A stretch of 64,000 nucleotides of DNA from Phyllosticta citribraziliensis (taxonomy: Eukaryota), in the NCBI RefSeq assembly GCF_038025025.1, contig NW_027117348.1, positions 744,001 to 808,000 on the forward strand, given 5' to 3'. Below, piece after piece: positions 47,966 to 59,965 of this stretch. Within the stretch, counting starts at the first letter, position 1; every line of letters begins with the position of its first letter. The notes under the pieces were generated by a model. The model was not told the origin of the DNA, did no database searches, and was given only the letters and a program-made list of their open reading frames with translations. The position numbers were made by a program, and so were the translations under genes.

Positions 47966-49643
47966 ATGTTCGCTGCCCATCAAGATCAGGAAAACCTCGC
48001 CGCCTCCCACCACAATGCCGCGGCCGCCAAGCCGCTGAACCAGGGAACCAAGGCCTACGCCGGCGCAAAGACGCCCGCCAACAAGCCTCCGAAGACGCCC
48101 TTCAAGGTGCCATTGAATGACGAAAATGGAGCCACGAAACCTGGCAAGAATCTTCTCAGGACCGGAGCCAAAGGCGGCGAGAATCAGCTGGTCCCCACGG
48201 GGAAGAAGCTGGGTGCTCCAGCCGACAACAGCGCCTTTGTCACACCTGCTGGTTCGTCCGACGGCCCGCATGTTGGACTGGATGCTGACCCAGACTCTAG
48301 GTCCTCGGAATCGTGCCCCTCTGGGCATGAAGACGACCAATGCGAAAGCCAAGGCCTTCGTCACTCCCGCCCCCAAGACGGTCGAACCCGGTTCAGCAAA
48401 GACTGGAGCCAAAAACAGCGCCCCACGGCTTCAGCGCTCCAAGGTCAAGGTCCATCAAGCATCTCCACAGGCGCACGCTTCCCAGCATGAAGAGCGGGAT
48501 GTAGAATACATGCCGGCGCCAGAAGTCGGTACGTGGTCGCATTCCTCGTTGCAGAAATGATGCTGGTGCTAACCAAAACCAGCCCTCCGTGACGACCCCG
48601 AGGACTGGCCGTCCGACATGAAGTATCCCATGTTCGAGGGAAAGAACCTGATGCGCGGAGTTTGGGAGACCTACTACGATCCTGTCGATGACGATGGCGT
48701 GCATCTTTCGGACAAGCGCGAAGCGGAGCAAAGGGCCAAACAAGATGCACGAGATGAAATTCTCATGGCCAAGTCGATTGAGAAGACTCTTGGACCCCTG
48801 ACTCCGAAGGAAAGAGAAGCATTTGGACTTCCTCCCATTTCCGAGGCCGATACCAAGCCCAAGTCTTCTTCCCGTCCTGCAACTGCAACTGGCGGCGTCA
48901 AAGCAACGGGAGGCGTCCGCACTGCCCCTAGGACCCGTCCACAGAGCGCCCTCGCCAACCCAAAGCCCGACAATCTCACCTCTCGCAACGCTGCTTCAGC
49001 ACTGTCCTCAACCGGCAACTCGACTGCCTCGATGCGTGCAGCCAACGCCCGTTCCCGATCTGCACTTTCTAACCTTCCCTCCTCCACAACTCAGAAGAGA
49101 CCCACCACCTCGTCTTCATCTTCCACCTCGTCCTCTAATCCCCCTGCGCGCCACCAGGCCGCCACTGCCCTCTCCCGCAACACACTCGGCTATGGTAAAG
49201 GTCGTGCCCTGGCACCCTCAGTCCGCAAGCCCCTGGGCGTTTCTACCTCGACACACAACCGTGCTGGGAGCCAACCCAGTGCCACGGCTTCAGATGTCCG
49301 GAGCCGTAGTAACACAACAAGTACAGCACGTGGACGGTCCACAGCTGCACCCGTTGCTCGCTCGCGTTCTGGATACTCGCGCGTCGATTCCAACGCTACA
49401 CTGGTCGATGAGCCAGATGTCGACCAGGAAAATAGAGGGCAGGAAGACGATGATGACTTGGAAGAGGAGGTCGAGCTTCTAAGTGCCATGCGGCTGCAAG
49501 CAGCGAGGCAGGGAGATCGCGAGCTCGAGGAAAGCAACGACTGGTTCAGCCAGGGCCTCCGGGGAGAGGCATTGGGCGACTTGGATATTGACGACGAGGA
49601 AGAGTTCAAGTTCGAAGTTCCGGCTGAGCTGTTTGAAATTTGA
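47966..49643 (+). CDS. Disordered hypothetical protein (about 524 aa), candidate Cut2-like securin
   Basis: Introns 48252..48300 and 48529..48582. Motifs DQENL, NDENG, D-box RAPLGMKTTN and DVEYMPAP, with an acidic C-terminus. Confidence 0.8.
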
Positions 49644-51798
49644 TCCATCTTCCGGGGAAGGCAGAGGGGATTATTGGCACCATTCGTTTGTGTCCATCGC
49701 TCAGCCTTTCACTTGTTGCAAGCTTCTCCGCTGTCACCATTCCTTCCAACGATTCGACGCCTCTGACGCTTGCTTCTTCATTCATTCTTCCGTTTATCGG
49801 GTGTTTCGGTATTACCAATGGCAAGGAAGGAAGCCAAGGGAGGGAAGGGCAAGACTTGACTGTCGCCAGGCGTTTTATTGGAATTGGATGTTTTACTCCC
49901 TGCTTGGATTGATTAGCATACCCATGGTCCATGGAGGCCGCTGGCTGGCTCGCTGGCAGAGTAGTAAAGAACGAGTCTTCTTTCTTCTTGAGTGAATTTT
50001 GATTGTGTGCATGGAGATTTGCATGACACAGCGTGAATTGGTTGGATGATCTAGATTTGTTGGGTTGATTTTTTGTCTCTCTGTCTGTCTGTCTCCCTCA
50101 CCGCTCCTTCCCATTTCGCCTTTTCCACCTGTCTCTCTCCTTTTTCTCCCTCTCTCTTTTGGGATCTCTTTCTCTTCTTAATAACAGTGATAGCAGCAGC
50201 TGTAGATTAAACCACGCGTCAAAAGCAGAAGCAAAGGCAACTCAGCTACTAAGCAACAGGCACGCAGGCTCCGACGCGCTAGCCTAGACCGGACCGGCCA
50301 ATATACACAAGTACAAGCAAGCAATCACTCCCCATTTGAGATCTGGCCGGAGCCAGGCAGGCAAGAAGGGGGGGAAAGCGAAAGGAACAAGCAGAGCGAG
50401 ACAGCGCGCACGTCCGTAGAGGGGACTCGCAGGTAGCCACGGTGTCAAGCAATGCAAAGCCAAGCGAGGCAAGCAGGCAAGCAAATCAAAGCACAAGCGT
50501 TCACTCGTTTGTGTGTTTGACAAGAGGCAGGCAGGCTGTTTGCATTGAACACACGAACAACGAGCACGGGCGAGCAGTGGCGCGCGCGCAAACTGAAGCA
50601 AGCTCCCTACCGAGTAGCCTTCTCGACTAACTTGATTGACTGACTGACTGACTAGCCGCCGATTAAGCAATTGACGAGACGAGATGTCTATGCAGCTATT
50701 CTCCAAAGATCTCTTCAAAAAAAAAAAAAAAAAAAAAAAAAAGAGACAAGCAAGCAAGTGAGGTCCACAAAGCCCAGACCGAGATTACTCTTGTGGCAAA
50801 GCCCTGCACAAACAACACCCCAGGGCAGCATGCCAGACCAAGACAAGGAGGAATGAGAAGGGAAAAAGAGCAGACCAGCGCCCGTAAGGCCAGAGCAGAG
50901 CGGGGCAGAGAGCAAGGGCCAAGCCGTGCGTGCGCGCATCAGTGCGAGCTGGGTGAAGAGTTTTGGTACTAGTTATAAAAAGAAGAGAAGCGCAAAGGAG
51001 GGTTGGACAGGCTACTACATAGTAGTGACGCAAAGGAGAAAAAGTGCAAGTGAGAAACCTTGTAGATAGATGATGGACGAGACACAATCCAAGCAATGAC
51101 ATGGCAACAAAACACCGTAGATCCAAACCTACCTAGCCGAGAACCCGAAAATAGGAGAGGCAAAGCAAAGCAACTAAACCCCGACCGAGGTCCCGCGTGG
51201 TGGTAGAAACAGTAATGTGGCCCAAGAAGATTGAGTAGTCCGTGTGTTGTGTGCATTCTACCTGCCCTCCTTCATCTGATTCCCCCCAATCCTGCTGACT
51301 CGTCAATCAGACAGTTTGACCATCAGAGGTGGTGGGCTCGATCCAACGCAGTATCCAGTGCCTAGTGCCGTACCAGAAAGGGAAAGAAAGAAAAAGAAAT
51401 GGGCAAACCCCTCCAGCGGCCGACTTTGACTTGCTCGCACGCTTTAAGCCAAACTACGAGGCAAGGAAGCAAAGAGCAACAGCAAACGTTTGTGAGAACA
51501 AATAAAAGGTAGAAAAAAAAAAAGGAAAAACTCCTGACCCGTGCCAATCGCCATGCTTTGAGTATCAAAAGGAAAAGGACCAGGTTCCAGACCGGCAGTC
51601 GTGGTAATAGGGGTTTTGGTCCAAATGCAGTATATTTTGTTGTCCGGTTTTCGTGTAGTCTTCATGCGGCGGCGGCGTCTGTAAGCGTCCACCTTGGTCA
51701 ATGGCTCGTATGTAGCGTGGAACTTTTTGGACGAGAATGAAAGCGGCAGTGCATCAAAAGGGGATGAGCGGGTGAGCTGGAGCAGCTTCGGCGGTCCA

Positions 51799-52777
51799 TC
51801 ACTCGTCAAGCGCGTACAGATTCTGGTTGAGAATCTTGTTCATGGTGAACATGTGCACGCGGTCTTGCTTGAAGACAGCCCGCATCGCGTCGTCGCATCG
51901 AATCTGACGCTTGTCGCTAGGGTCCTGAAGATCCCGTGCCTTGACGTAGGCCCAAATCTTCTTTACGGTCTGCGGGCGAGAAAGCTGGGTTTCACCCAAG
52001 AGTTCTGACAGGGGCGGCGAGAGGGCCATGGGTTTCTGCTCCCACGTCAGTAGAGGACGTCGAGACAGAAAAGGTGACTTACGTGGAAACCACCAGACCG
52101 TTTGACCTCCTTCTTGTCACTTCCGCTGCCAAGCTCGCTGTCGTCATCCGAGTTGACCTTGGTCTTGCTCTTCTTCTTGCGCGTCTCGCCCTTTTTCTTG
52201 ACCGGGGCCTTCTTCCGGGAAGCACCTCCACCACGCGTCGATCTTGCCCGGCCATTCTCTTCCGCCTGCAACCTGGCTGCAAAGGCCGCATCATCCTCGA
52301 CAGACATGCTCTTCTTGTGCTTCTTCTTGGGGGGCGTCGACGCAGGATCCGAAAGCTCAGACTCTTCATCGCCGTCGGGCGTGGGGTCGCTGCGCTTCTT
52401 CCTGGGGCTGGAGGAGCCGGACCCGTTGGTCTCGGTAGTCTCGGTCACGCCGTTGGTGTCTGGCGCGGCGGGAGCAGGCGGGTCGTCGGGCTCGACGCCG
52501 TTGCGCTCCGAATTCGCCTTGTCGAAGCGCTCCATGATGAGGTTGGTAATGGCATCCTGAGTGAGAGAGCGTCAGTCCGGACCGGGATGGTGTAGAGTTG
52601 CGGGTGCGAGGCGCCAAAAGTTACCTTGCGGGGAGTGATGTCGTGGTCAACACGCGCCTGGAGACCCTTGCGAATGCGCTTTGCCGAAACCGTGTTCAGG
52701 TCGCTGGCGGCCAAAATGTCATCGATGATGACCGAGTAGGTCTTGTGGAGTTCTGGCGAGAGCGGTGCTGCGGCCAT
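51799..52777 (-). CDS. DEK-C plus SWIB/MDM2 domain protein (Uaf30/Tri1-like), about 287 aa
   Basis: DEK-C: IDDILAASDLNTVSAKRIRKGL. SWIB: GGFHKPMALSPPLSELLG..LSRPQTVKKIWAYVK..LQDPSDKRQIRCD. Introns 52557..52624 and 52036..52082. Confidence 0.9.
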
Positions 52778-53449
52778 GTTAGGACGCGGCCAGGTCAATT
52801 GATGCGGCATGTCACCTACAAGACATGGCTGCGGGGAAGAAGCAATAAGGACGGACGGGCCTAGATCGGTGCTTCACCGTGCACCGGGGACAGGAAAGGA
52901 GGGTCGCGAAGCTCCAGCAAAGCTTCGTTCGCAGCAAAGCAAGAGTCGCGGGGCGCCGGGCAGAGAGACGCGGGCGGTTGGAGGCGGCGCGGGACGTGTA
53001 GGAGGGTTTGGTGGCCGTCGACCCTAGTTGGCGGACGGAGTGGGAGGTCGAGCAGGCAGAGGCAGGGCGGTTGCGGTTGCGACGGGCAGCTGGCCACGAG
53101 AGAGCGGCAATGTTTGCGGGACGAGACAACAAGGGCACGAGAGGCGACGAGGAGCTTCGGCTGCCGGAGAGAGAAGTGAAGGTCAGGTCGGGACAAGGTC
53201 AGGGCCTCTGGGCAGAGTACGGTACGGTACGGTGCAGTAGACTGACTGACTGCCGTGACTTGTCGATCCGGAAGAGGGAAGCTTCGCATCGTGAGGTGAC
53301 GCCCGCGGGCGGGATGCTGCCGATCCGAATGACTAAGCGCCACCTGAGACAGCCTCCATGTTCCCGCAGAAACACGACTACAAACGGCCTGACGGCGAAT
53401 CCTGAGTGAGCCCAAACCCAAACGCCCGTCGCTATGCCATCTCCAATTG

Positions 53450-56293
53450 TTACATGACCAAACACCCAATCCCGTACATGGCCCTCTCCACGTCCCGCTT
53501 GACCGTGAACCAGTCCGCCCGCCGCTCCGCAAACTCGTACACCTCCTCCGTCCTGAAGATGCCGTGGTACCTGTCCCCGTCTGTAATCACCGTGGCAATC
53601 TCTTTGGCGTCGTCTGCCGATATCAAGTAGATCTGGGACAGCTCCCTCAGCGCTGTAAAGTACTGCGCCAGCGACTTGTTCCTCAAAGTCACGATGTACT
53701 GGTGGTACGCGTTCATGTCACTATCCCTCGAGTCAGCTTTCAAACAGCACACAGAACCATCTCATCTCACCTGATCAGCTTCATCGCGCCCTCGGTGCTG
53801 ATCCGCTGCCGCTTGATATGCTTGCAAAGCGCCGTAAAGAGCCTTATCCCCACCTCCTGATTAAACACTTCGAGCATGTTCTTGTCCGTGCTGCCAACCA
53901 GCATGTTGATGTGCGACGAGACCATGTCGATAATCTGCCTCGCCGTCTGCGTTGGTCCCACATCTGCAATTTGCGATGCCCGGGTCCCAGGAGCGTTCGG
54001 CACTCCCGCCGCATGTCCGTCGGGGTTGAAGTCGGACGGTTGCTGCGTCGTTCCGCATATCCATTCGACCTCGTCCATCAACGCGTTGATGCCCTTGTTC
54101 AGCCCCGCTGCGACGCGCTCATCCAGCATTTGCTCGAACCGCTTCTTCTCCTTGACTGCTGGACTGACAAAGTCGTCGTTGTCAGCGAGCTTGGTCGCAA
54201 TCAGTTCCTGCGAGTAAAAGACGTCGACCATCTGCTGGATCAAGTCTCCCACGTTGACGAGCTCGAGGAAAGTGAGAAGAGGTTGCACGCCCTCCCGCGT
54301 GTGCTCGCCAATTTCGCGGGGGTTGTACTTGGAGAGATGTTCAATGGCCTTGTCAAAGCCGACCTTGATGTGACGCTTGCCGAGAATCTCCAGCAGAGAG
54401 ACAAAAATGGCTTCGCATTGCTCTTTTGCTTCTTCTCCTGAATGGCCACCCATGCGGACTAGTAGAGCCGCTCTTTCAATGCTGGCCTTGGCGACGTGGA
54501 CGAGGTTGAGAGCCACTTCGATGCTAAACAGCGACTTGATACCTTCAAGCCGCGAGTTCATGATTGCCGCCTTTGCAGCCAGCTCCGACGTGGGCGCATC
54601 AGGCCGAGGGCTGTTTGAACGATCAGTCGGATTAGGCGTCGACGACCTGGAAGGCGTATCAACACCGAGGTTGTCTCCAGTCGCTGAAGGTTTGTCCGTC
54701 GGTTTGCTAGCAGCGCCAAACGGAATAACGTTGACAGGCATCATGATGACCTTCTTGAACGACGTCATAAAGTCCTTCTTGGCCGCGGTCCTATTGACGT
54801 TGGACATGAAGAACGAGACCGCAGACGCCTCTTCGTCCTGGAGGCGTCTTTCCCAAGCTTCGACCTGGGCTGTCGCAGTGTTTTTGAAGTAGTCCAGCTC
54901 GTCTTGCAGATAAAGATCAATGTGCTGCTCGAAGCAGTGAACGACTGTCCGATGTACGTCGTCCTTGAAGGTCGATTCGTTGACCTTGGGAGACTTGAGC
55001 GAGGCGGCAAAGCGCAGGCACTGTTCGAAAAGACCAGTCACAGCTTTGAGATAGGACTCTATGTTTCGTTCATGGGCTTCGTCTAGGATCGGGTTTATGT
55101 ATTCAGATATTACGTCTTCTCCGATCCTCTCCAGGAATGGCGTCATGACATTAACTGACGGGGGAAAGACCTTGTCAATAAGGGAAGCTTGCTCATTGAG
55201 CCCCGCGGCCAGTCTCTTGAAAAACTCTTGCGCCGGTTTGAGGGAAATCTTGTCCGACAGACCACCGTCCAGGCACAGCAACGGGTCCCCGAGCTTCTCT
55301 TTGTCCAGCATTAGGGAATGGTTATGGATGAACGTGTCCAGCGCGGCCGCTCCTCCGTTGAGAGTAATCAGCACGTGGGCATATTTCTTCATGCGTCCTT
55401 CAATGTCTTGCGAGTGGTATCCTTGCTCGAATTCGCGAAGTGCCGCGTTCTCGAAAATACCCATCATCGTGTCCAGCTTCTCCTCTCTACCAAAACATCC
55501 TTGCGCATAGTCACTCTTGGCGAAGGTCTTGAGCTGCGCCAGCATTTTGGCCTGTAGCAGAGGGTCTCGGTATACTCGAAATAACGTGGGGTCCATGTGG
55601 CTCCTCGACCTGGCCAAGTCGAAATAGTACGGCGCCAAAGCTCCATATATCCTGCCGTACTCCTGGCGGGCGCGCCCTCGGATAGAGCGAGAGTTCTCGA
55701 AGACGGCGAGCGCAATCTGCGGATCTCTGTAGTTTGGGGCCGTGTGCCCAATCTCGCTGAACCCGCTGTTGACTGTTCCGGATCTTGGCCGAGAGGTCGC
55801 TTCTTGCGATGCTCGAATCTTTGCCTCCTCGTGGCCAGCGTCGAATAGCGTGGCGTTGCCGCCGCCTCCAGCGAGGCCGTTGACGCTGCCATTGACCGCG
55901 GGCCCCGTGCTTTTCCTGTGCTCTGCCTCGCGTGCGCGCTGGGACTCCAGCTTTCTCCGCATGCTCTCTTCGAACCTTTGTCTTGCCTCGGCATCATTCC
56001 AACAGCCCATGCTCTTGAGTCGCAGTATCCACCGCGTCTCATCATAGACCATTTCCCGCATGCGTCTCGAGGCGCGGGCGAAGCGGAGCAGGTCGGGGAC
56101 GGGGAGGTAGTCCAAGATGGTGGCGATGAGTTCTACGTACATTAGAATGTTGCAGACGGCGATTTGTTCTGCGAGTCATTTTCGCACCTGCAGGAAGCAC
56201 CGGCTTCTGGCTGACAATTTGCGTTGAGCGCAATGATGTCAGGACGTCCTGCTGGGACGCGCCCACGGCGGATTGTCGCTTGAACGACGACAT
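53450..56293 (-). CDS. RCY1: Recyclin-1 (F-box plus Sec10-like domain)
   Basis: F-box LPAELIATILDYL..DLLRFARASR, a Sec10-like body, and a C-terminal CAAX (GIGCLVM). Introns 56133..56187 and 53721..53770. Confidence 0.9.
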
Positions 56294-56906
56294 GATGGCG
56301 GGATTGGTGAGGTTGGTGGGCGGATGTGAAGCTGCTCAGGTCATGGCTTGATGGGGCCAGCTTCGGTGGGAAGCCAAGCTTCGTGGGCGTCGAGCGAGCG
56401 GGGATGGGTTGTGGACGTCGCGGAGAAGGAGCTGACATCTGGAGAGAATGGATGGATGCTCCGGGTGATGCGCCGCTCTCAGCCCCGCTGGGCGCTCCAT
56501 GCTCCCCACCAATAGGAAACATAAGGGGTCGGGGCCAATCATTCCAGTCCATGTGAAATGCTACATGGCCTGTCCAGAGTCTGGAGGGCTTTTCCGTCGT
56601 GTGGAAATCATACTCTCCATTTTTGTAGCGCATCCGATCATGTTGTTACATTCAACCTTGGAATGTCTAGAAGCCGCTGCTGCACCTTTGCAGTGAATGA
56701 ACCCATACGACAAGCATTCTCTGGACCCGAACAACAGCCCCTTCCCCCGTCAATCGAGCCTGTTTTCCTTCCCGTCGCAGTGAAAGCGTCTGGCCTCTTC
56801 GTCACATCTTGCGTATGGCTTCAAAGCACGCACGAGACATGCACCCCGTCACTTTGCCCCAGAAACACCCTCCCCAGCGCATCCTCGTGCCTTTCACTCA
56901 ACAGAC

Positions 56907-57387
56907 TTAGTGACTCATGTTCAGTCTCCCCTTGGACTTGCGCCTTGCAATCATCTTGCGGCCCTTCCTGGTGCGTATCCTGCTCAAGAATCCGTGTTTC
57001 CGCTTGCGCTTGAGGTTGGAAGGGTTGTATGTGTCTCTAGGACCACATCGGACCTGGGTCGCGAGCACAGCAGGGTGAGTCGAGAGCTTAGGCATGACGT
57101 CTGGCGTATCTGGTGCCGCAACAGCCGCGGACGCTGGTGTAGGTTGAGGGATGCTGGTGGCGGTTGCGGAGAGAATTTGGGGTCGGCGCAGCGAGATTAT
57201 GGAGATGGAGCGCGCTCTGCCATACCAATTAGCCTCCATCTCTCTTCCGTCAATCAACAGCCTGTTGTCGCACTCACTGCTGGACCGCCGAAAAGCTGGG
57301 TCGTGATGCTGATGCTGCGGAGAGCTGCGCAAGAGCAGGCCGCGCCGGGAAGCGCGCAAGCGCTCCCAAACAACGGAAGCACTTCAT
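56907..57387 (-). CDS. Mitochondrial ribosomal protein bL34m
   Basis: C-terminal L34 signature [39 protein letters not shown]. The presequence [17 protein letters not shown] is joined via intron 57217..57277. Confidence 0.9.
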
Positions 57388-57623
57388 GCTGAGCTGTCAA
57401 AGTTCCGAGCCCGGGGCTTCGAATTGGCTCGTCAGAAGAGGATGTCGATCGATCGGTGGGATAGCGAGCGTGGTTGGCACGCCGCAGCTAGAAAGCCAAC
57501 ACCAAGGCGGTGGCAGAATTTTTTACAGCACTTGTCGCGTCCGTCTGCGAGAACCACCGCATTCAACTCACGACACCACCAACTCTAGCCGCACCAAGGC
57601 CTCAACATACATCACGAGCCAAA

Positions 57624-58157
57624 ATGGTCCGCCACTCATACCCACCCCAGTTCGTCGTCGCAAACAAGCCCATCTCGGCCGAAGAGGCCCAGCAGGCCAT
57701 CGCAACCTACCTCCAAGAATCCGAACTCGAGCCTCGAATGCACCCGGACGCCCTACTGAGCACGTCTGGTGTGCAATTCGCCTCGGCCGGCGGTCCGCAG
57801 GGCGGCATCGTCTTGCACAACCTGCGACGCGTCGATGCGGGTCTGCAGGGCGAGGTTCTCAAGCCCGACGTCCCGGAGGACTTCACCATGATGGATATCG
57901 ACCCTGTCGCGGATACGACTGTGGGAGCGCAGCAGCCGGAGGGCCAGGACAGGGATGAGTGGGAGAGGGAGCAGGACATTGTCGAAGACCAGGGAGTGTC
58001 GACAACATTTGTCGCCGACGGCACCGAGGTCCCAGAGGTTGCCGTCGAGGGCTCTAGCAAGCTTGATAAGGAGGCGCGCAAGAAGGCCAAGAAGGAGCGC
58101 GAACGGCAGCTCAAGCGTGAGAAGGAGCAGAAGAAGAGGCAGGAGGCTGACGCATGA
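57624..58157 (+). CDS. Small protein resembling RNA polymerase I subunit Rpa14/Ker1
   Basis: Helical pair ISAEEAQQAIATYL ... IVLHNLRRVDAGLQG, an acidic middle, and a K/E-rich C-terminal tail. Confidence 0.6.
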   Translation: MVRHSYPPQFVVANKPISAEEAQQAIATYLQESELEPRMHPDALLSTSGVQFASAGGPQGGIVLHNLRRVDAGLQGEVLKPDVPEDFTMMDIDPVADTTVGAQQPEGQDRDEWEREQDIVEDQGVSTTFVADGTEVPEVAVEGSSKLDKEARKKAKKERERQLKREKEQKKRQEADA

Positions 58158-58487
58158 TCCGGCTTTTTCATGGACACAAATTTGGAGTTTGGGCGCTGGA
58201 CTGGGAAACAATTGGTTCATATCCGTGGGGTGACGAATTTGGCGCTACTCGATGGGTCTCGGGTCTACGAGACGAGCCAAGCTTTAGATTTCTATCACGC
58301 TGGGTGAGCTGTAAGTTTTGGACAGTTCCTCATTTGCGGGGGACGAACAACTAATCCATCTGTTTAGCTGCTCGTCACACTGGATCGCGAAAAGAAAAGG
58401 ATTGGATGGAAGATAGATCCCTAGGTCTATGTACTTTTCCTGGGCCAGCTCAAGGCATCCGGCCGATGCTACCCTCGCAACGCGAAT

Positions 58488-59965
58488 CTACAATTCACGA
58501 TCAGCAGCCTTCGCCGCCTTTTCTTCGTCCTGGGCCTTCGAAACCTTGCCCTTCTCTCCCTTGTATCCAATGGCCTTCAACCTCTCCGTCAGGATCGGGT
58601 GCGAGTAGTGGTAGCTGGAGTACATCCAATCGGCGTCCATGGCAGAGAGGTTCTGGACTTGGAGCTTGATCAGGGAAGCGGCGAGCTCTTGAGAGTAGCC
58701 TTGCCTCAGAGCAAAAGCATCTACGTTTGATTAGATTTGTACAGCTAGAGGAATTGGAGTGGACTCACCAGCCTCATACTCAAATTTGCGAGTCAGAATG
58801 TTCATCAGCAACTTGATGATAGAGTCCGTAGGGCCGAGAACCTCGTTGAAAAGCATGAAGCCAATCAAGATGGGGCGCTCGTTGTGGAAGCCAAAGGACT
58901 CGTACAGCGAATTGTTGTTGATGAAGACGGAGAAGAGAGCAAAGACGTAGAACAAGTGGAACTGGCTGATGCCGAGGAGCTTGGTCGTGTGACCCATCTT
59001 CCAGTGTCCGAGTTCGTGTGCCAAGACGGCGACGACCTCCTCGTTGGTGCTCTTCTCCAGAAGGGTGTCGTAGATGACAATCTTCTTTTTCCAGGGCAGA
59101 CCGGTAAAGTAGGCGTTGCTGTGCTTGCTGCGCGTGCTGCCGTCCATGACCTGCAGCTCGGTGAGTGGGAATTTGAGCTTGGCGGCGAGAGCTTCGACAG
59201 CTTCCTTCAGGGGACCAGGTTGCAGGGGAGACAGCTTGTTGAACAGAGGGACAATCAGGATGGGGTAGATGGTGATTGCGGAGATCTGGACAGCGAACAT
59301 GAACACCCAAAGGTAGTAGAAGAAGTTGGTGCCCGTCTTTTGGATGATGGCCAAGAAGGCGCTCAGGATGGGGACGCCAAAAGCGACGCTCAATGCTTGT
59401 CCCTTGAGCATATCCGTGATCCACAACTTCAGAGTGAGCTTGTTGAAGCCGAACTTCTCCTCAAGCACAAAGTGGTGGTAGTATGAGAAAGGTAGATCGA
59501 AGACGGTGTCCAGCAGGCTGAAGGCGTAGAAGAAGAGCAGCGAGTGGCCGATTTCTCCAGACAGGAATGACGGGGCGTAGCGGGCGACGAGAGCGCCAGT
59601 CACAGCCCATACTTGCGGGTACAGGTTGTACTGTAGCGTGAAGAGGTTCTTGATTTCACCAAAGACGGACGAGACGAAGCTGTAGCGCGCTTTGGCGCGG
59701 CCGTAGGCTTGACTGTTGTCGAACGTTGCCTGATCCACTTCATATTCCAGAGCCTTGGGGCGAATGTTCCGCTGGTAGACGCCGTATTGCCGGTAGAGGA
59801 GCCAGTTTTCGAGGACGAAGCGGCCGAGCGAGAAGCCAATGACGAGTTTCTTCCATAGGAAGAATGGGCGGTCCAAGAAATGCGCCAGGCGCTGCATTTG
59901 ATTGTTAGCGGGAGAGCGGACGAGACAGCAGCAACAACGCCTACCTGGATTAACGCCTGGATCAT
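58488..59965 (-). CDS. STE24: CAAX prenyl protease Ste24 (peptidase M48)
   Basis: Motifs DGSTRSKHSNAYFTG, HELGH zinc motif, RKFEYEADAF and YHYSHP..ERL. Introns 59892..59944 and 58721..58768. Confidence 0.96.

Noticed and set aside
49644..51798. 2.1-kb convergent intergenic region with SSRs and an A26 run
   Set aside because: No coding or RNA-gene signal. It most likely contains long 3' UTRs.
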